Assembly: GCF_036321535.1 (NCBI RefSeq)
Contig: NC_087436.1
Coordinates: forward strand, 86,740,001 to 86,804,000
Length of the DNA stretch: 64,000 nucleotides
Direction of reading: 5' to 3'
DNA from: Camelus dromedarius
Taxonomy: Eukaryota
Positions 52,050-64,000 of this stretch are shown here, one piece after another (within the stretch, counting starts at the first letter, position 1; the number at the start of each line of letters is the position of its first letter). The notes below the pieces were generated by a model. It was not told the origin of the DNA, did no database searches, and saw only the letters and a list, made by a program, of their open reading frames with translations. A program made the position numbers and the translations under genes.

Positions 52050-52725
52050 TATGTGGAGAAATTGGAGCCCTCATACACTCCTGTTGGGAATATAAAATGG
52101 TGCAGCAGCTGTGAAAAACAGTTTGGGAGTTCCTCAAAAAGTTAAACTTGAAATTAGTGTATGGCTCAGCAATTCCATTCCTAGGTATATACACAAAAGA
52201 GTTGAAAACATGTATTCAAAGAAAAACTTATAGGTGGATATTCATGGCAACTCTATTTCCAATAGCCAAAAGTTGTAAAAAATCAAATATTCATCAAAAG
52301 ATAAATGGATAAGCAAAAGTCGTATATCTATAACATGGAATATTGTTCAGCCATGAAAAGGAATGAAGTACTGATACATGCTACAATGTGAATGAATCTC
52401 AAAAATAGGCTGAGTGAAGGAAGCCAGACACAAAAGGTCACATGTTGTATGATTCCATTTGCATTTATATTTACATTTATGTTTATGTTTATGTTTATAT
52501 TTACATTTATATGAAATACCCAGAGTAGAGATAGGTTAGAAGTTGCCAGGAGTGGGTGGAAGGTGACAGAGGAGAGAACTGCTACATGAGTATGAGGTCT
52601 CCTTTTGGGGTACTGAAAAACTTTTAGAATTAGATAGAGGTTGTACAACATTGTGAATGTAATAAATCCCACTGACTTGTATTCTTCATAATGATTCATT
52701 TTATGTTATGTATATTTTACATCAT
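52050..52725 (+). mobile_element. Old L1 (L1MB-like) 3' end with internal hexamer repeat (52461-52512)
   Basis: GTGGAGAAATTGGAGCCCTCATACAC...CAGCAATTCCA.TCCTAGGTATATAC...; (RTTTAY)n. Confidence 0.8.
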
Positions 52726-54532
52726 TAATAGAAGTAATTGAATAATGTAAACCACAGTGAGATATCCTTAAATAATCTCATACTCAGTTCTTTAATACAC
52801 ATTTAGGTTAGATAGATGATATGCTTGTTTTGTAAATATTTCAGTTTCCCTCCTTTCCCTCTGATTACTCTTCCCACCCCCAACCAAGTCCTGGCAACAT
52901 TGGTTGCTTTAGGCATTGGTGTAAAGGCAGAAGTCATGCTTTAAGAGACAACACATGGTTGACATCTCTTTTCTTTTTTTTCCTTTTGCCTTGGCAACTG
53001 ACAATGTTCAGCCTGAATCCTGGAGTGAAGATGAGACAGAGCAGAGCTCAGCCAACTCTCAGTAAACCTATAACATGAGTGGGAAACACACCTTTGTTGT
53101 TATAAGCCACTGAGATTTTTTGAGTCTTTTATTATCACAGTATAACTTAGCCTATCTTTTTTTTTTTCCCCTTTTTTTGGGGGGGTTAAGGGACATCATT
53201 AACTTAGCCTATCTTGATCGATATATCAGGTAATAAAATCTCAGGATGGTGGAATTTCAGATGATTTTTATCTCCTTTTGTATTTACATATTGTTTGAAT
53301 TCTTTTAAAATAGCACATATCATTTACATATTCAGAAAAAAACAATAAAATTATATTTATTGTGGAAAATATTTAAAACTTGAAAAATAATTAGGAGCAA
53401 CATTTTTTGCTAGTAATCTTCCATGCACTGTTATTGATTGTTCTAACTGATAAAGTAAAAACTCATGGAAATTAGGAATTTTATGGATTGAATGCAGTAC
53501 CCTTACCAATTCAGAGTTTTTAATAAATTATAGTTATCTGCATTTATAATTCCAAATTTTTTCCCATAGTTAATATCAATTTAGAATATTCCATGTCTAC
53601 TTAATAACTCAGTTTATCAAGTACTTTCTAAGGATATATGCTGAGCAAGACCTTCCTCTTACCTAACATTTTGTTCATTTTCATAACTGACTATTAAATT
53701 ATACTCTTTGCAAAAGCATTGACCCAAGAGTTTAGGCTTCTCTATAGTTTTTTCACAACTTAGAGATTTTAGTCTTCTTGTGTGGGAGGGGAAATAGTAT
53801 TTCATAAAGATTTAGTATTCATCAGGGATTAGCTGCTTAAGTTCTTAATTAAGTCACCCAAACAATCCTTCAAGTGAGTATCATTTTTATTTTTGAAAGG
53901 AAAAAACTTCACAGGAGGTTAGTTAACTTATTAAAAGTTACTGAACCAGCAAAACTGTGCCCTGGATTTTGAGCCCAAGTGCTCATTACAGAACTCTTCT
54001 TTTTTTTTTGTGCACTAAAAGCTGCCTCCGTTTTTGTACTTTGTTTGTAGAGGGCTGTCACTTTATGTGTGGAATAACAACTTCTTTCCCTGCCAGGATT
54101 ATCTTTACCTTTTTTTCCCCCCTCTTTTTCTGTGACTTTATCACTGACTGGTATATTATATAACTACTTTATTTATGGCTTTTCCAATCTTAGACTTCAA
54201 TTTCGATAACTGATTTATAGATGATATTAATGGTGAATGAGAACAGGGATTTTCAGAATACATCCAAAACCTATTATTGTGCACCATTAGCCTATAACTA
54301 AATTTCTCCTTTGCTATGAGGAATGCAATGTAAGAGTTTCTGAAGGCTTTACACAATTCAGAGTTTGGCTTTACTTGTAATTTAGAATTTTCTTTGTTTC
54401 AAGGATTCCTATGCTTTGAGAAATGTCAGGCTCCACAAAGAAGCCACAGGTCCTCAGAACCTATATTTTGTACAAAGAGATTATTCTGAGTCTTTTGAAT
54501 TTAAATTGTTTCAGAAGCATGCAGCATAATTT

Positions 54533-55890
54533 CTTTTCTTTTTTTTTAAATTGAGGTATAGTTGATTTACAATATTATATTAGTTTCTGGTGTACATCAT
54601 AGTGATACAAAGTTTTTATAAATTATACTCCATTTAAAGTTATTATAAAATATTGACTGAATTTCCTGAGCTGTGCAATATACCCTTATATCTTGTTTAT
54701 TTTATACACAGTAGTTTGTACCTCTTAAGCCCCTAATCCTATATTGCAACCCCCACCTCCACTGGTAACCACTAGTTTGTTCTCTGTATCTGAATCTGTT
54801 TTTGTTTTGTTTTATTCATTTGTTTGCTTTACTTTTTAGATACCACATACAAGTGATGATAACATATAGTATTTCTTTTTATCTGTCTGACTTATTTCAC
54901 TAAGCATAATACCTTCCAGGTCCATCCATGTTGTTGTAAATGGCAATAGTTCATCCTTTTTTAAATGGCTGAATAGTGTTCCATTGTATATACTACATCT
55001 TTATCCATTCATCTGTTGATGTACAAGTAGGTTGCTTCCATATCTTGGCTATTTTAACTAATGCTGTTATGAACATTGGGGTGCATGTATCTTTTTGAAT
55101 TAATGTTTTCATTTTCTTTAAATTTACACCCAGTAGTGAAATTGCTGGATCATATGGTAGTTCTATTTTTAGTTGTTTGAAGAACCTCTGTACTGTTCTC
55201 CCTAGTGGCTGCACCAATTTACATCCCTCCCAACAGTGTACAAGGGTTCCCTTTTCTCCCATCCTCTTCAACATTTGTTATTTGTAGACCTAATGATGCT
55301 AGTCATCTGACAGGTGTGAGGTGGTATCTCATTGTGGTTTCAATTTGCATTTCTCTGATGATTAGTGATGTTGAGTATCTTTTCATGTGCCTGTTGGCCA
55401 TCTGTATATCTTTGGAAAAAATTCTGTTTTGGTCCTCTGCTCATTTTTAAAAATCAGGTTGTTTGGTTTTTTGTGTGTACCCTTTAAGAGTAGAGTCTCT
55501 ATTTTCCGCAACTGTCTCTGGGTCTCCCAAAAGTAAGCCCCATTGACCTTCAAAGCCAAATGTTCTGAAGGCTCATCTTGCCAGTGCTGGACCCCCAGGC
55601 TGTGGAGCCCAATGTGAGGCTTAGACCTGTTGCTCCTTGGGGAGGACCTCTGCAATTGTAATTAACTTCTTGTTTGTGGATCACTCACCTGGGGGTGTGG
55701 GTCTTGACTATATCACATGTCCATCCCTCCTACCTTTCTCATTGTTGTTCCTTCTCTGTATCTTTAGTTGTAGAAGATCTTTTCTGCTTTTTTTAAAATC
55801 AACAATTGCTCTGTAAATAGTTATAATTTTGGTGTGCCCTTGAGAGGATGTGACCTCAGTCTTCCTACTTCACCACCTTGGCCAAGCTCC
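54533..55890 (-). mobile_element. Internally deleted L1: ~420 bp 5' UTR joined to ~930 bp ORF2 end + 3' UTR
   Basis: ORF2 C-terminal homology (ORF 54993-55274 [10 protein letters not shown]...ELPYDPAI...CTPMF), poly(A) near 54533-54547, 5'-UTR-like sequence ending CCAAGGTGGTG (decayed YY1); TSD CAGCATAATTT 54522-54532 / CAGTGTAATTT 55891-55901. Confidence 0.75.
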
Positions 55891-56069
55891 CAGTGTAATT
55901 TTTAACTTAGGAAGGGGTGTGAGCATTTAGGTGCTTGGTATTACTGAGGTTTTTACTTGCAGTTACTTAGAATAGTGTTTCCAAACTTTGTTAATTGAAG
56001 AGCATCTTATCCATATACTTACCTTTCAAAGCTACTCGACATTTTTCTTTGAATTGACTGATACCTTAA

Positions 56070-56720
56070 AATTTTTTTTCAAATAATTTTTAACATACAA
56101 AAAAGTTGCAAGAATAGTACATGAAACTACATTTTTTCCTCCTTGAACCATTTGAGAATAATCTCTCTGTGCCTATCACTTCTAAATACGTTAGTGTCTA
56201 TTCCTTGCAAAGGGATATTCTCCACTGTTATCTCAATCACGAAATTAGCACTGTTACACTACTGCCATCTAACTCACAAGTTTTGACACTTATCTCAATA
56301 ATATTGTTTATCAAAGCAAAACGATATTGGTCAGAATCACACATTACATTTAGTTGTTACGTCTCTTTACTGCCCTTTATAACAGTCTTTCCTTGATGTT
56401 CATGACCTTGACATTTTTGAAGAGTGCAGCTAGTTATTTTGTAGAATGTCCCTCAGTTTAGGTTTGTCTCATGTTTCCTCATGATTAGATTCAGATTGTC
56501 CATTTTTGGGAAGAATATCACACAAGCAATGCTGTGTTCTTTGCATTGCATTCTGTCAGGTGGCATACAATTTCACTTTGTCCACTCCTAGTGGCAACTT
56601 TGGTCACTTGATTAAAGGAGACATTTTGAGATTATGTAAATATCCTTTTCCTCATCAAACTTTAACCCACTGCTTTAGCATCCATCAATATTTCTTGGCT
56701 GAATTATTTCCATGATGGCT
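56070..56720 (-). mobile_element. Old L1MC/ME 3' UTR fragment (approximate)
   Basis: AAAAGTTGCAAGAATAGTAC, CATGACCTTGACATTTTTGAAGAG, TTTTGTAGAATGTCCCTCA. Confidence 0.7.
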
Positions 56721-57136
56721 GTTTTTCACGGGGGCTGTTCCAGACATGTGTACTTGTAATCCCTTCATTTTTAGGCTTTTACTCTGAATTCCTATCTCTT
56801 TTACTAACAGGATAATTTTGGCTGCAATAATCTAGAAGAAAACCTGAGCAATTCTTTTTAACTTTGTTCCCTAGGAATGGAGCTTTGTGAAGTGGTTCTC
56901 AGAGTTGGATTTCAAGGAGCAGCTAAATTAAACAATAATATAAAGCTCCCTACTTTTATTAGTCAAGTGGAGTCCTCCAGTTTTTCCACACAACTCACAC
57001 ACAGATTATTTATCTTACAATGTTGAAAACACTTTGATTTGAATAATTAAGCTTGATGAGAAACTCTACCTCATCCTCATTATAAGTAAATATAGTATGC
57101 TTGCTGTGCAAATGCAACTTCCAGATAAGTTCTCTT

Positions 57137-57191
57137 AGGCAGTAAGTATAGCTTAGTGGTAGAACGCATGCTTAGCATGCACAAGTTAAAA
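57137..57191 (+). mobile_element. 3'-truncated tRNA-Ala/SINE retrocopy
   Basis: TATAGCTTAGTGGTAGAACGCATGCTTAGCATGCAC = D arm plus AGC anticodon arm, no T arm; flanked by direct repeat AAGTTCTCTT (57127-57136, 57192-57201). Confidence 0.7.
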
Positions 57192-59479
57192 AAGTTCTCT
57201 TTTCTAGCGCCTAAACAGATTATGACCCCTAAACCACCCTTACAGAAAGAACTAGTGTATATTCTTCTCACCTCAGATTTGCATCCCTTTTAACACTTCA
57301 ACAAGATTCTGTATTTCTAAGGTGCCAAGGGACATGGTACAAAATACCTTAAAAAATATATGGGAGTCAAGATGGTAAATAATAGGAGCAATATAAATTC
57401 TTATTCCACCTGAACCAAAACCCAAACTCAAACCAGTGAAGAATAGAACAAGACTGTAATAATTTCAACAAATCAAGTTTCCTCGATTTAGTATCTTTGA
57501 AACTTCACACTTACATGTGTATGGGTACAATGGTGTCACCCATGGTGAACAGAGTAATAGATTCTGGAATCACTGTATGATAGACTAATAGGTTGTGCGG
57601 CTTTTGAAATGAGTGGAGTGGAGTGATAGAAGGGATAAAGTGAACAGATTGAGTTTGCTTCTAAAAGTCTCTATAAAACTGTCGCTAACTCTGTCTTAGA
57701 GTTTTTTTACACATGAACTAATCCTCAACTTTCCAAGTCTTGAATTCAAGCCAAAACACACAAATGTAATCCAGCCTAGAGCTCCCCAGTGGAGCAAGTG
57801 TTGGCCTTTGGAATGGGTCATGGAACTCAAAGTATATCCTTCAGAGTCAGAAAAATGTGCATAGAGGGGATGTGTATTTGGTTTAAGTAATCTAATTGTG
57901 TTAGTAATTTAAAATCTTCATGTTGAGTTAATTTGTTTATGCATTAGGAATCCATGTGAAAAACAGTCTTTTCTACACTTTATTGTTTGTTATGAGGAAA
58001 TTATGACTAAGTTTATGTCGATTACGGTATTATCATTAATGAGCCGGTAGACAGTAGGAATAAAAATTGTTTATCTGTATTGAGGTGAAGTTCAGTTCTC
58101 CCCAGTTATTTTATATGATTGTCAAGCAGTTTATGTTATGTTCTGGTCCATTTTTTAAGAGATTTCATGGGCCTTTTGCCAGCTGAATGAAGGTATCATA
58201 TTGAAGGAAGAAATGATGATTTAGAGTATTCCTTGGAAAGAGAGGAAATTTTGATTATATATTAGTTGGAGATTGTTCTTTTATTATTCTGGACATTATA
58301 AAGCTTGTGTGCAGTTGTTTATCCTGCAATTAAACAGTATTTTATCCTGTATTTTGTTTAGTTTTCTTAACATGTGGTTGTGATTTCTGCACTGTTAAAG
58401 TCATTCTAGTGTGTTTATGATCAGTCACACAGATAGATTTTTATTACCTGTAGATTGATAGAGAAGGCGCGTGCATTTTTTATTTTTGAATACCAAACTA
58501 AAAATACATAATTCACAAGATTAGTATGCTAATTAAACATTTATAACAGATAATACATTTATTCTTGCTTTTAAAATGACAGCTTTTCTGCAGTTAGAAC
58601 AGTACAAAGAAAATTTGTTGGTTACTTTATTCTTGAGTGAATATCTTGAGCAAATAATGAAAATCACTGTCCTGTAGTATAAGAGATATATAGCGTCGCT
58701 GAGATTTGCTAGGTAGGTAGGAGTGACCAGATCATAGTACGAAGTGCATCAGGGTTGTGTTTTTTCCACTCTACTCTGCTTCTTCCCTGAAATGTACTTC
58801 AGTGTAATATTGAGTTTAACAGTTTTGAAGTAATCTTATCTTTTTCAACAATGTATTTGATAGTTATGGAAACATTCTTTAACAAATGTGGCAGTGGATA
58901 CAAAACCTCGTTAAAGCAATCTCTTCCTTTTGGTTGAGCCAGAGAGGCTGACTGTGTTGATGTGGGTTTTTTGGTGTCTTTGGACAGCTTCTGTGCAATT
59001 TTGTTTTCTAGGCATTATTGCAGTATAGTGGCATTTTCAGCAAAGCTTTTTGACCTTGAACAAGGTACTTAATTTCTCATAGTCACGTTTTTTTTTTCTG
59101 TAAAAGAGAAGTACAGTAGATGATTTCTAGGGAACCTTTGATTCAGATTCCTTTTACTTTATGATTTTCATGTGCTATGTTTGGAAAGTAAACTTCAGAA
59201 TATGAATTACACGAGGAGAGTAGTTTTATGTCTGTTTTGTTCACTAATGTATCCCCAGTCCCAAGAACAGGGCCTGGTGCAAAGGAGTCACTCATACTTG
59301 TTGGAAAAAATGAACAAAACCTAACGGAAGAACCTTTAATAGGAAGAAATAAATGGATTATATTCACATAGTTTGGTAATATTTAAAAGGTAAATTTTAT
59401 CTGCACTCTTTGAAATCATTGTATTTTTAATGTCCATCTATGAATACATTTAACTGTGCAAGTAATAATAAATAAATGT

Positions 59480-60240
59480 TTTGAACCCCCTTCTGATGAA
59501 ATCCTTTGATTGCTCTCTGTTGCTCTTCGAATAAAGACTAAAACTTTAACTTGTTTTGGAAAGCCTTTCTAGATCTGCTCCTTGCTTATTTTTTCATCTT
59601 CTCCATCTTTTCCTGTCACCTCCTTCCCTTCCCTCCTGTATGCTCACACTCTTGGCTGCAGCTATATCAAACTCCTTCCAGGTCTTCAGTGTTCTACTTT
59701 CCTACCTTTTGGCCATCCAACATGTTACTCTTTCTGTCTCCCTGCTTCCTGTCTGATCTTTGCTTCTGTAGATCATACCTTGTATTTCCTATAACAGCTT
59801 ATAGTACATTATCTCATAACTACTAGTTTAGTATCTGTTTTCTCCAACTAGACTTTGGAGGCTAGCTGAGGGAAGGTTTGTGCCTGACTTCGTCACCCTT
59901 GTGTGCTGTTACACCTCCAGTGCCTGGCACAGTCCATGGCCCATGGGGTGCTGAGGGCCTGAGGGCACTGCTACCAATGGGCCCAGGATACTGACATTCT
60001 GATAAAGCCAGACTATTTCTGTCCTTAATGCCTTGTGATCACTTCCCTCCGAATTCACTAAAATAAATTCTATTTAATAAAACCTAATTTGAGTTAATGA
60101 CAAATGTTATAAATACAGTAAGATGGGGCAACTGGCATTTGGAATAAGAAATACCACGTTAGCTGTAGTGGTCAAGGAGGGAAACCTAGAACAGAACTGG
60201 CATTTGGTAGGTGCTCAATAAATATTTGTTGAATGAATGA
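59480..60240 (+). mobile_element. LINE-2 3' end, interrupted by an unidentified insert at ~59930-60200
   Basis: L2 motif CAGTGCCTGGCAC separated from GGTAGGTGCTCAATAAATATTTGTTGAATGAATGA by ~270 bp. Confidence 0.6.
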
Positions 60241-63200
60241 GCCCTAGTCAGTGAACATCTGGAGGAAGAGGGATGTAGGCAAAGGGAATAGCAAATATAA
60301 AGGCCCTGAGTTGGGAACATACTTTGACCCATTCAAGGGGCTGAAATCAGGCCAGTAGGTCTGGGGCCTAATGGATAAAGCTGAGATGTTGAGAGGTGAA
60401 GATGTAGTTACAGGAATGCATCAAAGTGTATAAGCTTGTTGGCCAAAATAAGGAACTTAGTGTAATAGTAGCAGGAAGCATGGAAGGGTTTTGAGCATAA
60501 GAATGATATGATCTGCCAGCTTTAGGGAATCAATCTAGTCTAAGCCATCAGTTCTTGCTTGGACTATGCAGTAGATTCTCACCCAGTCCTTGGATCTACT
60601 GTCTACAATGAGGTCAGGGTCATTTTTCAGTAATGCAAATCTGATCAGATCAGTCTGTTGCCCTTGAAAAAAAAGTCTACAATCCCTGATATGGGTTACC
60701 AGGCCTTGGATAATTGGACATAAGATGAGGGCAGTGTCAAAGTAGATCTTCACGCTCCACTCATACTTTGTAATTTCCTTGCAAATGTCTGAAGTTCTCT
60801 TTTCAGAACCCCCACCTACGATGCTACTCTGATCTAGACAGCTTTTACTCCATTCTTTTACTGGCTCATTCCTGCCCTTTTTTCCAGTCTCACTGTCACA
60901 TCCTCAGCTACCTGTGACCTCCACCCTCACACCGAGACCAGGTCAGGCGCTCTCCTCTCCCAGAGCCTCCTGTCTCTGCTTTTGTCACTCCCTGTAAGCG
61001 CATGCTCAGTTCCAGCTTCCTTGCTAGATTGCTGGCTCGGGGAGCACAGGGCACTGGAGCTGCTCACAGCTGTGCCTGCAGCACCTCAGTGAGCACCCGG
61101 CCCACAGGAAGTGCTCAGATTCTGAAAGACAGGAGCAACAAAGAACTGCTTTCCAGCGCCAGGGGTCTACTTCAATATCCTTCTGTGTTTAGCTGCTTTC
61201 TCCTCTATTGAGATGAAGGTTAATGGATAATTTTGTTTAAGATGAGGTAATTGTTTGAAAAAGTTGTCGAGAGGAAAGATGACTGTTGAAACCTGGGTGA
61301 ATAGTTCAATTAACAAACCTACCTTCATAGCTCATTAAGCTCACCACTGATGGGAGTCATTATTCCCTGCTGTGAAAACCTATGAGTCAGCTTGCTCTCT
61401 GTTTGAAATTAGTTGAAAATGTTTATTTATTTATTTTTTGTTATCATTGTATTTTTGTTGGAATACTGTAACTGCTGTTGCAAACCGTGTGAGTAAGCTT
61501 AGCTTCCGGTACAAGCCACAGAGAAACCGTTTCTCTGACTTAAGTCACAAGATAATGGTGTGCATTCACATCGCACCCTCAGACTCTTAATTGTATGCCT
61601 TCCACTTGATTGAAGCAGCACCATGATTCAACATTTAGCCATCTTTTAAAAATTAATGTTGTCTTTTTTGTATTTCATTTGGTGATGAATATTTCCTGTT
61701 AGTTTCTAGCAGACTGCATTTGACATTTCATATGTGCCAAACCAAGGCAGCTTCTAAGATTTCACTGACAGTTGAGTAATTCTAGTGAATAAAGAGCCAG
61801 GAATTAACTGAAAGACCATATCTTCAGGTATAGAAGTCTCCTGAGACTTAAAAAAGCTAATTCTGGCAGGTTATTATTATATATATATTGCTGGCCTGCA
61901 GTTTTCTTCATAGATGACAATTTGTCATAAAAGTTTGATTTTTAAGGATACAAGATAATCACTTTATCAAAAAAGGACATTCATTTAATATGTATTTGAC
62001 ATTTTATGTGATTACTGATAATACAGAAACTAATTACATCTCATAGTGATAAAATGGATCTTTTCATAGGACAAATATTCTACTTTTATGTCTTTCAAGG
62101 AAACAAATAAAATTGTGTTCCAGTAGCTACAGTTAAATGAAGTTTATCTCATTGGAAAATTTGACTTTAAAAACAGAAAAGGGTAGAAAATTGTTTAAAA
62201 TATTCTGTAAGCTGTTGGGACTGTTCTTTTGTTAACTCTTTATTACTATCACTGGACTTGTGAAAAATAAAAAGGATTTTAATAAAAGAAGTAACAGCAT
62301 AGGATGACTATCGTTCATTGAGTGTTGCAAAATTAATCAGATTCATCCACTGAACTTGGAGAACTAGGGCATAAAGGAAACCATGAATATAGCTTGTTAG
62401 GGACCCAGGGAACCTCAGAAATTAGCATTCTCGTTTGAGCCTTTTATTTTGCAGAATAGTGTGGAATCATGGTTTCATAGTGGGATTTTGGAGTTCACAG
62501 GGACCTGGGTTCAAATCTTCATTTATTAGCTATGTGATTTGGGCAAATTATTTCATCTCTTTAAGAATCAGCTTTCTCACTTTTGAAGTGGGTCAATGAT
62601 GCTTATCCTGGAGGGTTGTTCTTCAATGAGATAATATAGTCATATTGCCTATGACAGTGAGTTCTCAATAAATGAAAATAATAACATTAATGATATTTAT
62701 AAGGAGATGTAAAGCCCCAGAAAGATGAACTGAATTACCCAAGGTCACAGAAACAGCCTATGGCACTTTGAATGTTAGTTCTAAACTCTAAACCTTGCCC
62801 TCCTTTTTATTAGTAATCAGATGTTAGGCAAAGGGCTTCATTTTGTCTCAGTTTTATCAGTCATAAAATAGCTAGAGGCCATTTCTCCTTCTTTCTTTCC
62901 CGAGGATATAATGAACATCAAATAAGAGTTAATAATACCTCAGGGTAATTTAGACTTTAGTTTTTTGTCTTTTCAGTTATATAAATATGTATAGAATGAT
63001 TTAAAATTCAGCAAAATCTTTTTAGAAACATTTAAAGAAGAAACTTGAATAAAAGTGGGACATGATTGGCATTGTATCACAGGGGACTGTCAGTGACTAA
63101 CGGTGACCTCCAAGGGGTATAGTATGATATTGTTTAAAACAAAAACTGGGCAAAATCCTAAGAGGAAACTTTACCTGCATCTTGAGTTAATGTGGATCTA

Positions 63201-63874
63201 CTTTACTCTTCACTCTGTTTCATTCTGTTCTTTATAGGCCCACATGTGAATTTAAAGAGGGAATAGAGGATGTATAAAGATTTGAAAAGAAAACTAACAT
63301 GAAAAGTTTAAAATAATTGATATTCTACATCATGGGTTTGCCTTGATGATTTGCATTGTATATGCATGGCATGGTATAGTAGAAAGATTGCTGGCTCAGA
63401 AACTGGTTGCTTGGGTCCTGGTTTTGCCATTTATAGATTGAAGGTAGTTAAGTAACTCAGTTGGCTTCTCTGAGGCTCTTTTTTTTTTTTAAATACTCAA
63501 ATGCAGCATTTACAAAAATCTTTATCATGGAAAATTTCCAAATTATACAGAAGAATAGAGAATATTATAATAGCTCCCCCCAGAGAGCCATCACTCAGAT
63601 TCAGTAGTGATCAATTTACGGCCAACCTATTTTACCTGCAACTCCCCAATTTGGCTAGATTATTTTTTCCCCTTTTTTTTCATTTTTCAGTTTTATTAGG
63701 TAAAATTGTTATAACTTGACTGCACATATACAATGCATTGAATGTAAATACATACACACAATATACTGCATATATTTTAAAAATTTACATATATGTACTG
63801 TTCATTGTTTCTAAGAATGTTTAGAGCTTTAGCTTTTTAAACTTACATAGTTATCAAAGGAATAAAGCCAACCA

Positions 63875-64000
63875 CAAAAGAAGAATTAATTCAAAAAGAT
63901 AACATACACCCTGCTATTAACAGCAACATTATTTATAATTGCCAAGATATGGAAACATCGTAAGTGCACATCAATAGATGAATAGATAAAGAAGATGCAG
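63875..64000 (+). mobile_element. L1 ORF2 3' fragment running off the window
   Basis: AATTCAAAAAGAT...GCCAAGATATGGAA...CATCAATAGATGAATAGATAAAGAAGATG. Confidence 0.75.

Noticed and set aside
52328..52699. ORF with a repetitive (IN/VN)n peptide
   Set aside because: Translation of a hexamer microsatellite inside an old L1 3' UTR
39941..64000. SCFD2 exon 3
   Set aside because: No segment with recognisable SCFD2 coding sequence and splice sites was found; it probably lies beyond the window
1..64000. CRISPR arrays, operons or other prokaryotic systems
   Set aside because: The sequence is clearly mammalian (spliceosomal introns, L1/L2/MIR); no regularly spaced repeat-spacer structure seen

Overview
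Mammalian genomic DNA, most likely camelid (inferred from tRNA-Ala-derived Vic-1-type SINEs and the L1 3' ends). It spans the head-to-head FIP1L1 / SCFD2 locus, orthologous to human 4q12. FIP1L1 coding exons 1-9 run on the minus strand (15099 down to 4605; the gene continues past the left edge). SCFD2 coding exons 1-2 run on the plus strand (24861-25698, 39772-39940; the gene continues past the right edge). Each gene has its own CpG-rich promoter, ~9.8 kb apart. The rest is intronic/intergenic DNA full of repeats (L1, L2, MIR, MaLR/ERV LTRs, hAT and Tigger fossils). The largest feature is a young, full-length 7.1-kb LINE-1 (43338-50451, minus) with a perfect 17-bp TSD, disabled by only three visible lesions and nested in an ancient L1. 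I found no wholly new biological system. The best leads are: a candidate unannotated cassette/poison exon in FIP1L1 intron 9; an L1-antisense splice acceptor in frame with SCFD2; an internally deleted L1 with CpG-decayed TSDs; two 'tailless' small-RNA retrocopies (U6 and tRNA-Ala/SINE); and a long L1 inter-ORF spacer holding an ORF that overlaps the ORF2 start. Repeat family names are recognised by eye and old-repeat boundaries are approximate.
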